The notes below the pieces were generated by a model. It worked only from the letters and a program-made list of their open reading frames with translations. It searched no databases and was not told where the DNA came from. A DNA stretch of 21,467 nt from Escherichia phage vB_EcoS-611R1: sequence record ON470586.1, one strand, 5' to 3'. Shown in pieces: positions 8,433 to 16,085 of this stretch; the first letter of the stretch is position 1, and each line of letters starts with the position of its first letter. The position numbers and the translations under genes are program-made.

Positions 8433-9651
8433 CGTTCTTTTCCTCTTTGCCTTTCGTATCTTTAAAGTTATTCAACGGATTTGCTGCATTTACGCTGACC
8501 AGCATTTCATCCAGACCGTCAACCGGGTTCATATCCTCAAATGCCCTGGCTTCATTCCGACTCATCCAGCCATCTGTAATGGCAAAGTGATAGAACTGCG
8601 CACGCTCCTGTGGGGTCCCACGGAGCAACCCCGTGAGGTTGAAACGAACGTAATACCCGGCAGCCCGTTCTGTACGGGTAAACAGGCGACGGTTAAGCTC
8701 CTGCTCCCAGTTCGCAACCCAGGGCATCATCGTGTAGCGAACAAACTGAATCGCCTGCTGCGTAATATTCGAAAATGTGGCTTTTTCCAGGTCATTAATC
8801 ATGTGCGCCGGGACATTAAAAATCCCGGCAATCATCGACCGGTTCAGCTTGGTCATATCAATGATCTGAGCATCCACCGGAGAAACTGTCAGAGCGCGGT
8901 AATCCAGTTGCGCAGGCAGCAACATGGTTTTATTTTCCTGGCTGCGAAGCGCTGTCACCGCCCGCTGCCACATATTTTTAAGCCTGCCCCAGCTTTGTTC
9001 GTTCAGTTCATTTTTCACAGAAATAATACCGGCAGGACGGGCATTACCGTTAAAAAAGGCGCTGGTATACTGCTGGCCACTCATTCCCATACCAATGGTT
9101 TCAGCATGCTGCATGATCGGGCTCAGTCCCATTTTCTGATTGTTTCCCAGCGCCCTGATATGGATCATGTCGTCCGGACTTACCGCAAATGCACCCTCTT
9201 CGTTATACACCCCGTAAGTATGACGCCCACCGGTGTTAAGTAACGTGGTTTCCCATGGCATACAGCATTCAAGGCTGGTAACCTCTCCACGACGATTACG
9301 TTTTACCCACGTATAACCATTGCCCCACCCCAGCACATGACGCTGCTTCAGTTCCCGCCACTTATAGCTGGTCTGCCAGGCATTAGGTTCATCATGAACG
9401 AGCCAGAACAACGGATGATCGCGTGCCGGCTGAACATGCTCATTCGTTTTTCGCATCACATGCAGGGGCATCTGAGCCACACTGGATGAAATAACATAAA
9501 TACAGGCATAGACAGCAGCCAGCTTCATGGATGTTTCCGGACTGACATACACATCCCGGGCAAAAATATTATCCGTCTCAGCGGCCTCTCCGGTTACCGG
9601 AACCGAGGGATTTTCCAGAGGCTCACTGCGAAACAGAGCATCAAGAAGCAT
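8425..9651 (-). CDS. portal protein
   Basis: 408-aa ORF with an acidic C-terminus, lying between large terminase and protease, with RBS AGGAGAAAAC before the ATG. Confidence 0.85.
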   Translation of the reverse strand: MLLDALFRSEPLENPSVPVTGEAAETDNIFARDVYVSPETSMKLAAVYACIYVISSSVAQMPLHVMRKTNEHVQPARDHPLFWLVHDEPNAWQTSYKWRELKQRHVLGWGNGYTWVKRNRRGEVTSLECCMPWETTLLNTGGRHTYGVYNEEGAFAVSPDDMIHIRALGNNQKMGLSPIMQHAETIGMGMSGQQYTSAFFNGNARPAGIISVKNELNEQSWGRLKNMWQRAVTALRSQENKTMLLPAQLDYRALTVSPVDAQIIDMTKLNRSMIAGIFNVPAHMINDLEKATFSNITQQAIQFVRYTMMPWVANWEQELNRRLFTRTERAAGYYVRFNLTGLLRGTPQERAQFYHFAITDGWMSRNEARAFEDMNPVDGLDEMLVSVNAANPLNNFKDTKGKEEKNDE

Positions 9652-9781
9652 GTTTTCTCCTCATGGACACCACCAGTGCATAAAGCAGCAACAAACAGCC
9701 CGACAGCATCAGAGACGCTGGCAGACCTGCATACAGATAAACGCCAGCAGTGAGCAAACCGAAACCGATCAGCCCGGTCAT
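9641..9781 (-). CDS. small hydrophobic protein (46 aa, predicted membrane peptide), hypothetical
   Basis: Hand translation of the minus strand gives MTGLIGFGLLTAGVYLYAGLPASLMLSGCLLLLYALVVSMRRKHAS-stop. It fills the gap between the large terminase stop (9799) and the portal start (9651), overlapping the portal start by 11 nt. It is below the ORF-track cutoff and has no strong RBS. Confidence 0.3.
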   Translation of the reverse strand: MTGLIGFGLLTAGVYLYAGLPASLMLSGCLLLLYALVVSMRRKHAS

Positions 9782-9798
9782 ATCAGTAATAAGCTGTT

Positions 9799-11556
9799 TC
9801 ACAGAATTAACAGGTCCTCATCAGGATCAAGCGTGGACAGAAAGTCATTCACGCCCCCTCCATTTACCAGAAAGCGGCTCATGGCTGTAAAAAGCGCAAC
9901 AGGGCCGTCGATTTTGGCTTCCGGCGTGGATTTATTCGGGAAGATGTTGTCGTTTTTGTCCGGTTTTACAGTAACGTTAGACATCATCCAGTTCATGACC
10001 GGATGATTGCTGTGATGGAAACGCCCGGCATAAACCAGTGATTCCGTTTCCTTCATGGCCTCTGACAGATTGCGGACCGTCTGCGGAACCTCCACCAGCG
10101 GTATCCCTTCTTCAGCCAGTGCCAGGCTGAACTGCATTGCGCTCCACGGGTCAAATCCCAGTTCCCTGAGGTTTTCACCGCCAATCCATTCCAGTAAGTC
10201 ACTTTTTATCTGAGCATGATCGATAACATCACCATCCGTCAGGATGAGCTTATCCATCTCCGCCCACTTCCGGTAAAGTTCTGCCTGCTGCCGCGAGCAT
10301 CGTTCCAGCCGTCCTTCCGGAAGCCAGAATTTAAAATCAGCATGAACATGTCCGTTATCGGTTCGCCAGAGTTTTGCCGCCGCACAGATATCAATCTTAT
10401 GAGCAAGGTCGACGCCGACCCACATGGGATATGTTTTCAGCTCATGTTGTGGAGCAATGTATTCGCACTTCTCCCACTTAATCATATCCATCCAGGCAGA
10501 TTCGGCAGTGACCCACACATTCATGTGTTTGGTAAAAAAATTCACCCGCGCAGAGACCTGCTCCTTCGCTTTTTTCGCCAGACGACGCAGATCATCCCAG
10601 CGTTTACAGATGCCCAGGCCAGGATTCGCTTTCTGCCAGACCGTTTCATCAAACGGATCATCTCCCTCATCAAGCGTGTAAATGATCGCAAAGTAAGAGT
10701 CGTCTTTTACAGCGCCCTCCACGTCGCTGTTATAGCCTCGCAATACCTTGATGGCGTAATCACGCTGCTCGTAACAAATCCCTTCCTTGTTAAAGCCAGC
10801 CGTGGTGATACCAAATAACAGGGACTGCAGACGGGCACCGGTTGCCGTTTCCAGAACGTCCCACACGTCGCGGGTTTTATGTGCATGCAGCTCATCAATA
10901 ATGGCGCAGTGGATGTTCAGACCGTCCAGGTTGTTTGCATCCGAGGAAAGCGGTTCAAATTTTGATGCGCTCTGCTCCTGGTAAATCGCCAGCTTGTTGA
11001 AATCAAACAACCGCCCGAGTGTCGACCGGGCTTTTCTGACCATATTTTTGGCGTCTTCAAACACGATTCTGGCCTGGTCACGCGTGGTTGCGGCTGAATA
11101 CACCTCAGCTCCGCCTTCACTATCTGCCCCCGTCATATACAGGCCGATACCCGATGACAGTGTTGATTTTGCGTTTTTACGGGCGACTTCGTTGTACGCC
11201 GTCCGGAACCGGCGCACCATCACCGGACGTCCGCTGCCATCGCTGCGCATGACAACTTCCCCGGTTTCTTCATTGACCAGCGGAATGACAAAACCAAAAA
11301 TATTAATGAGGATAAATACATGCCAGTCCATCAACTCAATGGGCTGGCCTGCCAGTGCCCCTTTTACATGAGGCACAAATTTGTAGAAATTCAGGATGTG
11401 CTGCGCACGGGGTTCACTGAAATAAATCCCCCGCTTTTCGCCGTACTTCAGATCATCAAGAAAACGCTGGCAGGCCAGGCGGACAAATTCGCCAGCAACA
11501 ATTTCTCCTGCAACAACACGTTCGGCGTAGCGGATCCCGTCAGCCACTTTTGCCAT
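9799..11556 (-). CDS. terminase large subunit
   Basis: 585-aa ORF whose start overlaps the small terminase stop at 11556, with the size and position expected for TerL. Confidence 0.9.
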   Translation of the reverse strand: MAKVADGIRYAERVVAGEIVAGEFVRLACQRFLDDLKYGEKRGIYFSEPRAQHILNFYKFVPHVKGALAGQPIELMDWHVFILINIFGFVIPLVNEETGEVVMRSDGSGRPVMVRRFRTAYNEVARKNAKSTLSSGIGLYMTGADSEGGAEVYSAATTRDQARIVFEDAKNMVRKARSTLGRLFDFNKLAIYQEQSASKFEPLSSDANNLDGLNIHCAIIDELHAHKTRDVWDVLETATGARLQSLLFGITTAGFNKEGICYEQRDYAIKVLRGYNSDVEGAVKDDSYFAIIYTLDEGDDPFDETVWQKANPGLGICKRWDDLRRLAKKAKEQVSARVNFFTKHMNVWVTAESAWMDMIKWEKCEYIAPQHELKTYPMWVGVDLAHKIDICAAAKLWRTDNGHVHADFKFWLPEGRLERCSRQQAELYRKWAEMDKLILTDGDVIDHAQIKSDLLEWIGGENLRELGFDPWSAMQFSLALAEEGIPLVEVPQTVRNLSEAMKETESLVYAGRFHHSNHPVMNWMMSNVTVKPDKNDNIFPNKSTPEAKIDGPVALFTAMSRFLVNGGGVNDFLSTLDPDEDLLIL

Positions 11557-12038
11557 CAGTCTCTCGCTTTTAAAAGCTCTGCCAGCGGATCAACATTATC
11601 CGGTCCGGCGGTATTTACTTTTGCCCGGCTTGCCGGTGACATACCAAATTCTGCAAGCATCGCCCGGATCCGCTTCCAGGCATCCGCTTTCATCGCAGCA
11701 GCCGGGTGTGCCTTAATCAGCACATCACCGTTCTGCGTTTCCGAGCGGTAGGTGTACCCCTCAACATCGAGTGTTTCGCAGTGATGCCGGTATTCGGTAT
11801 AGGCTTCCACCAGTAGCTCAAGCGCACGCGCATCAAGCTGAGAAATGATCCCTTCCGCATTCAGCTCTTCCGCCATTCGCCTGAACCAGTACTTCCCCTG
11901 CGCCCCTAAATGTTGCGGAATTTTAGGGAGACCTTTTTCATCCTTTTTAGCGGTTTTTTTGAGGTCTTTAACTGGCCGCTTTGAGGGGTTGCCTCGTATC
12001 AAATGCAGGCGTGGCGGGATTTTCGGGGGTCCAGACAT
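11556..12038 (-). CDS. terminase small subunit (P27-family-like)
   Basis: 160-aa ORF (MSGPPKIPPRLHLIRGNPSKRPVKDLKK...) immediately upstream of, and translationally coupled to, TerL. Confidence 0.7.
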   Translation of the reverse strand: MSGPPKIPPRLHLIRGNPSKRPVKDLKKTAKKDEKGLPKIPQHLGAQGKYWFRRMAEELNAEGIISQLDARALELLVEAYTEYRHHCETLDVEGYTYRSETQNGDVLIKAHPAAAMKADAWKRIRAMLAEFGMSPASRAKVNTAGPDNVDPLAELLKARD

Positions 12039-12185
12039 AATCGGTTTTACCTATCAATCATTTAATCACATTCCAAAAAAAAGTTTTCGAACCTGCGGCG
12101 ATGCGAGGAAAGGTCAGGCGGCGGTACTGAACAGCCAGGGTTGCAGAGATTTGACCCGCCCCTCCCCTGCAGATGGGAGCTGTTA

Positions 12186-12536
12186 TCAATTGATGCGTTC
12201 GCGCGCTGTTTTTGCTTTATGACAGGGCCAGCACAGACTCTGCAGGTTACTGTCTGCATCCGTGCCACCATGAGCTTTCGGAATGATGTGGTCCACAGTT
12301 CTGGCTTCAACGGCTCTCCCATTGCGCAGGCAGTTCTGACACAGATGATTATCACGCTTCAGTATGCGCGCACGTATGGCATCCCATTTCGAGCCATAGC
12401 CACGCTGGTGGCGGCTCAGTCCGCGTTGATGCTGTACCCATCCTTCGCCACGATGTTTATCGCAGTAACCAGAACTGTCTGTGGTTGTACCTGCACATCC
12501 ACGCTTACGGCAGGCGCGTGGGATTAGTGCTGGCAT
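12186..12536 (-). CDS. HNH endonuclease (terminase-associated, HK97 gp74-like)
   Basis: 116-aa ORF with CxxC pairs and an HNH core (DHIIPKAHGGTDADSNLQSLCWPCHKAKT), in the conserved position just before the small terminase gene. Confidence 0.85.
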   Translation of the reverse strand: MPALIPRACRKRGCAGTTTDSSGYCDKHRGEGWVQHQRGLSRHQRGYGSKWDAIRARILKRDNHLCQNCLRNGRAVEARTVDHIIPKAHGGTDADSNLQSLCWPCHKAKTARERIN

Positions 12537-12674
12537 GTTTCGCCCTTATATAAATCAAAGGTGACCTGCATTGAGTATCTCCATGGAATAGATTTGCTGC
12601 TGATATGAGACAGATCAATAGACTTCATGAGCCAACGGGTGTAGATATTACTTTTTACTTCAGAGGGTTAACTC

Positions 12675-13214
12675 ATGGATATTAAAGATAAAATCAATAC
12701 CATTTTGTTATGTGACATTGCCATCCACCTAGGTATCGAAACTGATATTGATCCACAGCTTGTTAAATATGCTGTGTCATCTGGTAATGATTGGGTTATC
12801 AAGGCCGAATATTCACATTTGGATGTTGACGAACCAAGTAAAGAAGATCGTGATTTTGTTACTGCTGTCTTGAATATGTATCGCGGACTTTCCAATGCTT
12901 TCAGGAAACTTAGTGATGACGAGCAAAAAGAATTAGTCCGTGACCATCATCTAAAAATACATGATGGGGCAATTCAGCTCCCAGGTTTCGACGGTAATAA
13001 TGAATGCGATTACTTCAGTATCATTGAGGCATATCAGAAAATTGATCGCTTCCCCGAACAGAAACAGCCCATTGCCAATACTCATTCACGTACAGAACAT
13101 CTCTATAACGCAATGCTTGATGAGTTTAAGAAAATTGACGCTGTAAATCGAAGCTGGGATTTATCGAAGGAAGAACTGGCATCCATTCTTTCCACAGCTC
13201 CACGCAGTTTCTAA
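12675..13214 (+). CDS. YfbU-family-like protein (tentative), cargo/moron gene
   Basis: 179-aa ORF on the strand opposite to all phage late genes, with RBS GAGGG 7 nt before the ATG. It is AT-rich by hand count. The C-terminal two thirds resemble my recollection of E. coli YfbU (UPF0304); this is unverified. Confidence 0.5.
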   Translation: MDIKDKINTILLCDIAIHLGIETDIDPQLVKYAVSSGNDWVIKAEYSHLDVDEPSKEDRDFVTAVLNMYRGLSNAFRKLSDDEQKELVRDHHLKIHDGAIQLPGFDGNNECDYFSIIEAYQKIDRFPEQKQPIANTHSRTEHLYNAMLDEFKKIDAVNRSWDLSKEELASILSTAPRSF

Positions 13215-13219
13215 GTGCT

Positions 13220-13486
13220 TTAGGCGGGTTTCCAACCCGCCTTATTATGCTCGTATATAGAGAAGGAAGCACCCAAATTAACCAGCGCGGATTTCTTTTC
13301 CTCAATACGGCTGTTAAGTTCAGCAACTGCATGCGGGCGTATGGCCTCAAGAAAAGCACTATATTGATAGGCAGACTGGATTGTCACACCAAGCCCTGCA
13401 CCACTTTCCAGTATACCTTTCTGTCGCTGTAGCTCTTTCATCTCGTTATAGATGTAATGTGCGTTACTTAGGTTTTCTACGTTCAC
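13220..13486 (-). CDS. hypothetical protein (88 aa)
   Basis: ORF with a GTG start preceded by AGGAAG; it is convergent with the YfbU-like gene, with stops about 5 nt apart. Its last codons are encoded by a hairpin (13222..13242), so the ORF call is uncertain. Confidence 0.35.
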   Translation of the reverse strand: MNVENLSNAHYIYNEMKELQRQKGILESGAGLGVTIQSAYQYSAFLEAIRPHAVAELNSRIEEKKSALVNLGASFSIYEHNKAGWKPA

Positions 13487-13604
13487 GCCCTAAGTTCTTC
13501 CTGCAGTTAGCCTGCACTGATTTGTTATGCGCCAATATGTCCCGCTTCGTCTGTTGCATTATCATAAGTAATAGCGTAGGTTGACACCTTGGCTCTCTTT
13601 CGCC

Positions 13605-13645
13605 ACCGGCGAATCTTTAGCGGATTATCCTTGGCCGGTTTTTAT
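13605..13645 (+). terminator. plus-strand terminator-like structure before the Rz stop
   Basis: Stem ACCGGC/GCCGGU enclosing a 23-nt loop that contains a 4-bp inner stem, followed by TTTTTA on the plus strand. It would stop plus-strand read-through from the cargo region into the lysis genes. Confidence 0.3.
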
Positions 13646-14124
13646 CTGAGACATTGCTCACGAATGTATAGCTGTGCCCCTTCCAGTTGCTTCTGCATCG
13701 TCATCAACCGTTCTCTGAGGGTGAAATAATCCCGTTCAGCGGTGTCTGCCAGTCTGGGGCTGGTTGCATTATCCACGCTGGTGGGTCCGGTGGCTTCACG
13801 CACGGCTGCGGAGCAACTGGCATTGACCCGCAGGCGCTTACGACCAGCGGCAACATCAGCGCGCAGAGTTTCATTTTCAGCTTTCGCATTGGCTAATTCT
13901 CTCGAGTACTTTGCATCGAGCGCAGCAACATCACGCTGACGCTGCTGCATGTCAGCGATGGTGGCGGTCAGCTGCTTCAGCTCACTGACTTTTTTATCAC
14001 GCTGTTCTTTGTAGGTGATGGCGTTATCACGGTAATGATTGACCGCCCACGACAGGCAGACGATGATGCAGATAACCAGAGCATAAATAATCGCGGCGAC
14101 TCTGCTCACTGATCTATTCCCCAA
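13642..14124 (-). CDS. Rz (i-spanin)
   Basis: 160-aa ORF with an N-terminal transmembrane segment ([20 protein letters not shown]) and a coiled-coil periplasmic domain; it overlaps the endolysin 3' end and has Rz1 embedded in the +1 frame. Confidence 0.8.
   Translation of the reverse strand: MGNRSVSRVAAIIYALVICIIVCLSWAVNHYRDNAITYKEQRDKKVSELKQLTATIADMQQRQRDVAALDAKYSRELANAKAENETLRADVAAGRKRLRVNASCSAAVREATGPTSVDNATSPRLADTAERDYFTLRERLMTMQKQLEGAQLYIREQCLR
13704..13889 (-). CDS. Rz1 (o-spanin lipoprotein), embedded in Rz
   Basis: 61-aa ORF lying wholly inside Rz in another frame. It has a signal peptide with lipobox LVVSAC and a proline-rich mature part ([16 protein letters not shown]...). Confidence 0.8.
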   Translation of the reverse strand: MRKLKMKLCALMLPLVVSACGSMPVAPQPCVKPPDPPAWIMQPAPDWQTPLNGIISPSENG

Positions 14125-14639
14125 CAGGCTAATGCGCTTTCTTGGTCACGACGAATAACCTGTCCATAGCAGTTATTTGAACGTATGCGGCAATCGCGCC
14201 CACCATCTTTTATCCACCAGCGAATCGCCTCGCATGCGCCCTTACGATCACCAGCATTCAGCCGCTTATAAAACGTCGATGGAAAACACTTACCGGGGCC
14301 AATGTTATAGGGACAAAATGACGCGATACCCGCTTTTTGTGGTTCGGTCAGTGGTACTTTAATATTGCGCTCCACCCATGCCAGCGCCTTATCACGCTCA
14401 ATGGCGTTGACCTGGTCGCATTTTTCCTTCGACAGTTTCATACCGGGAAAAACGGGTTTTCCATCCACCATCGTGGCACCCCGACAGATGGTCCAGATGC
14501 CGGAACCATCGCGGTATGCCGTTGTGTGGTTACCTTCTTTTTCATCCAGAAACTGGTCGAGAATATCAGGCGCGGGCGCACCGACGGCAATCAGTGCCAG
14601 AACGGCAGCCGACAGGCCGTATCTGATTTTTGCGTTCAT
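14106..14639 (-). CDS. SAR endolysin (T4-lysozyme-type, phage 21 R-like)
   Basis: 177-aa ORF with a weakly hydrophobic Gly/Ala-rich N-terminal signal-anchor-release segment ([18 protein letters not shown]) followed by the lysozyme catalytic region [20 protein letters not shown]. Confidence 0.85.
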   Translation of the reverse strand: MNAKIRYGLSAAVLALIAVGAPAPDILDQFLDEKEGNHTTAYRDGSGIWTICRGATMVDGKPVFPGMKLSKEKCDQVNAIERDKALAWVERNIKVPLTEPQKAGIASFCPYNIGPGKCFPSTFYKRLNAGDRKGACEAIRWWIKDGGRDCRIRSNNCYGQVIRRDQESALACWGIDQ

Positions 14640-14702
14640 GGATATTTATCAGGATTTATCGGTTTCTGCCCACGGACAGGTTTATCTGTTCCGGTCAGTG
14701 AC

Positions 14703-15053
14703 TTAAGGTTGTGATTCCGGAGGAGTCTTCAGAGAACCAGTAATTCTTCCTGGTAGCTTTCCTTTGTAGGTTATCCACACATTCTGCGCCTCTAAAATTA
14801 CGGGGCGCTTTTCCGGCGACTGCTCATCCCCTTCACATAACCCGGCAGCAACATCCAGGAAGACCTGTCTGATGCTCCTTCTGGCTGCTGCCTCATAAAA
14901 CTCCAGCGCGGCACCTTCAACACGGTCCAGCGAGATGTCCAGGTCAAAAATTTCACCGTCAAAGCGTTTTTTGTCCCGTAACGCTAAAGTTACCGTAACT
15001 TTATTCTCAAAATTGCGGATCCCTTTCACAATCAGTTCATAGTTTTGAGTCAT
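14703..15053 (-). CDS. uncharacterized protein inside the lysis cassette (possibly YdfR/DUF1327-like)
   Basis: 116-aa ORF that exactly fills the gap between the pinholin stop (15058) and the endolysin start (14639). It has no hydrophobic segments. I recall ydfR occupying this position in the E. coli Qin prophage; the family name is from memory. Confidence 0.55.
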   Translation of the reverse strand: MTQNYELIVKGIRNFENKVTVTLALRDKKRFDGEIFDLDISLDRVEGAALEFYEAAARRSIRQVFLDVAAGLCEGDEQSPEKRPVILEAQNVWITYKGKLPGRITGSLKTPPESQP

Positions 15054-15057
15054 TGAA

Positions 15058-15273
15058 TTACTCTCCCCGTGCAGCCTTACGCTTGTCTTCTCTGATTTTG
15101 AAGTACAGATTTGTCAGATAAGTCAGGAAGCCCAGAACCAGACTCCCCAGTACACCAATCGCAGCCCACTGTGACGGACTGACCTGATCAAGCCACTGTA
15201 AAAACCAGTAGCCAGCACTGCCTGCGGAGGTGCCGTAGGCAATGCCCGTTGAAATTTTGTCCATGGATTTCAT
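15058..15273 (-). CDS. pinholin (phage 21 S-type class II holin) with dual-start motif
   Basis: [71 protein letters not shown] closely matches my recollection of S21/EssD-type pinholins, including the Met1-Lys-Ser-Met4 antiholin/holin dual start. The ORF-track extension to 15372 starts at GTG and is unlikely to be translated. Confidence 0.85.
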   Translation of the reverse strand: MKSMDKISTGIAYGTSAGSAGYWFLQWLDQVSPSQWAAIGVLGSLVLGFLTYLTNLYFKIREDKRKAARGE

Positions 15274-15410
15274 AGCCTCACCTCCGCAGCGAACGGATGG
15301 CGTAGTTATAAGGGGAGCGAAAAAGAAAGAATGCGCGATTGCGCAATATGGTAACGTCAGGGTATTATCCACTGGCTGAATAGATCACTTCACGTTTTTT
15401 GTTCCTTGCC

Positions 15411-15439
15411 GCCCGTATCCATATGCGGGCTTTTTTTTT
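15411..15439 (+). terminator. plus-strand intrinsic terminator
   Basis: Hairpin GCCCGTAT-CCAT-ATGCGGGC (8 bp including one G-T pair) followed by T9 on the plus strand. Confidence 0.5.
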
Positions 15440-15445
15440 GCATGT

Positions 15446-15475
15446 AAAAAGGCCCCAACACATGTGCGTGGGGCC
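15446..15475 (-). terminator. minus-strand intrinsic terminator between the tRNA cluster and the holin
   Basis: Minus-strand RNA: stem GGCCCCA/UGGGGCC around an 11-nt loop, followed by UUUUU (plus-strand AAAAA at 15446-15450). Confidence 0.45.
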
Positions 15476-15675
15476 TGAGAGTATACATGGTTTCAGTCAA
15501 CTGCATGGTGCCGTGTGCCTCCCGGTGAATTCAGTACCAGCACCTGAATCCGCGATTATCCCATATACCTACTCGCTGATTGCCCCTCCGCACAGGGGGA
15601 TTCACCATGCCAGTTTCTTTTGACAAACTCCCCGCAAAACAGACAACTGTCAACCGTCTGAATTGTGAGACATTT

Positions 15676-15700
15676 AAAAAAAGGCCCGCAAAAGCGAGCC
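15676..15700 (-). terminator. minus-strand intrinsic terminator after the tRNA cluster
   Basis: Minus-strand RNA: GGCUCGC-UUUU-GCGGGCC with one U-G pair, followed by U7 (plus-strand A run 15676-15682), about 15 nt downstream of the 3' end of tRNA-Arg(UCU). Confidence 0.55.
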
Positions 15701-15714
15701 GGGAAAAATAAGTC

Positions 15715-15791
15715 TGGCGCGTTGTACTGGATTCGAACCAGTGACCGATTGCTTAGAAGGCAATTGCTCTGTCCGGTTGAGCTAACAACGC
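15715..15791 (-). tRNA. tRNA-Arg (anticodon UCU)
   Basis: Hand-folded 77-nt cloverleaf on the minus strand: acceptor GCGTTGT/ACAACGC, D stem GCTC/GAGC, anticodon stem ATTGC/GCAAT with loop CTTCTAA, T stem ACTGG/CCAGT with loop TTCGAAT, then an encoded CCA. Confidence 0.8.
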
Positions 15792-15804
15792 AGGGTACAG
15801 ATAA

Positions 15805-15881
15805 TGGACCGCCATCGAGGACTCGAACCCCGCGCAACCAGCTTCGAAGGCTGGCGCTCTATCATGATGAGCTAATGGCGG
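15805..15881 (-). tRNA. tRNA-Arg (anticodon UCG by hand fold)
   Basis: 77-nt cloverleaf: acceptor CCGCCAT/ATGGCGG, D stem GCTC/GAGC, anticodon stem CCAGC/GCTGG with loop CTTCGAA, T loop TTCGAGT, encoded CCA. The D loop lacks the usual GG, so the call needs tRNAscan-SE confirmation. Confidence 0.65.
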
Positions 15882-15888
15882 TATGTGA

Positions 15889-15965
15889 TGGTGGCCCTTG
15901 CTGGATTTGAACCAGCGACCTGGCGATTATAACTCGCTCTCATCATTTAGCTAAAATGGCTGGGG
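15889..15965 (-). tRNA. tRNA-like element, ileZ/ileX-like, possibly degenerate (pseudo-tRNA or atypical tRNA-Ile UAU)
   Basis: The 3' half matches tRNA-Ile2 (ileX) as I recall it (..GGTCGCTGGTTCAAATCCAGCAAGGGCCACCA). The anticodon arm is about 4 nt short relative to ileX (GAGTTATAATCGCC) and the acceptor 5' strand (AGCCATT) mispairs at two positions. Confidence 0.4.
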
Positions 15966-16085
15966 GAGTGATGATACATCAGTCACATTAAACATGAAAA
16001 CAAATCGTTTTAGGTGAAATACAAAAAGAATAGTGATTAAATATCAAATGGATATGCTTTAAATCTAACCACAGTAAGGACGAGT

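Noticed and set aside
11845-12222. 125-aa plus-strand ORF antisense to the small terminase gene
   Set aside because: Antisense to a well-supported gene, with no RBS and a Cys/Gly-rich artefactual composition.
12062-12355. 97-aa minus-strand ORF overlapping the HNH gene and the intergenic region
   Set aside because: It is an alternative frame of the HNH gene and the putative cos region, with low-complexity composition and no independent support.
13247-13584. Plus-strand ORFs of 61 and 67 aa opposite the 88-aa ORF
   Set aside because: Cys-rich and compositionally odd with no RBS; the minus-strand 88-aa ORF fits better, though it is itself uncertain.
15274-15372. GTG-initiated 33-codon extension of the pinholin ORF
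   Set aside because: The MKSM dual-start motif at 15273 matches known pinholins, and the upstream region overlaps terminator structures.
15556-15837. 93-aa minus-strand ORF spanning the tRNA genes
   Set aside because: It overlaps two cloverleaf tRNA genes and a terminator; it is an artefact.
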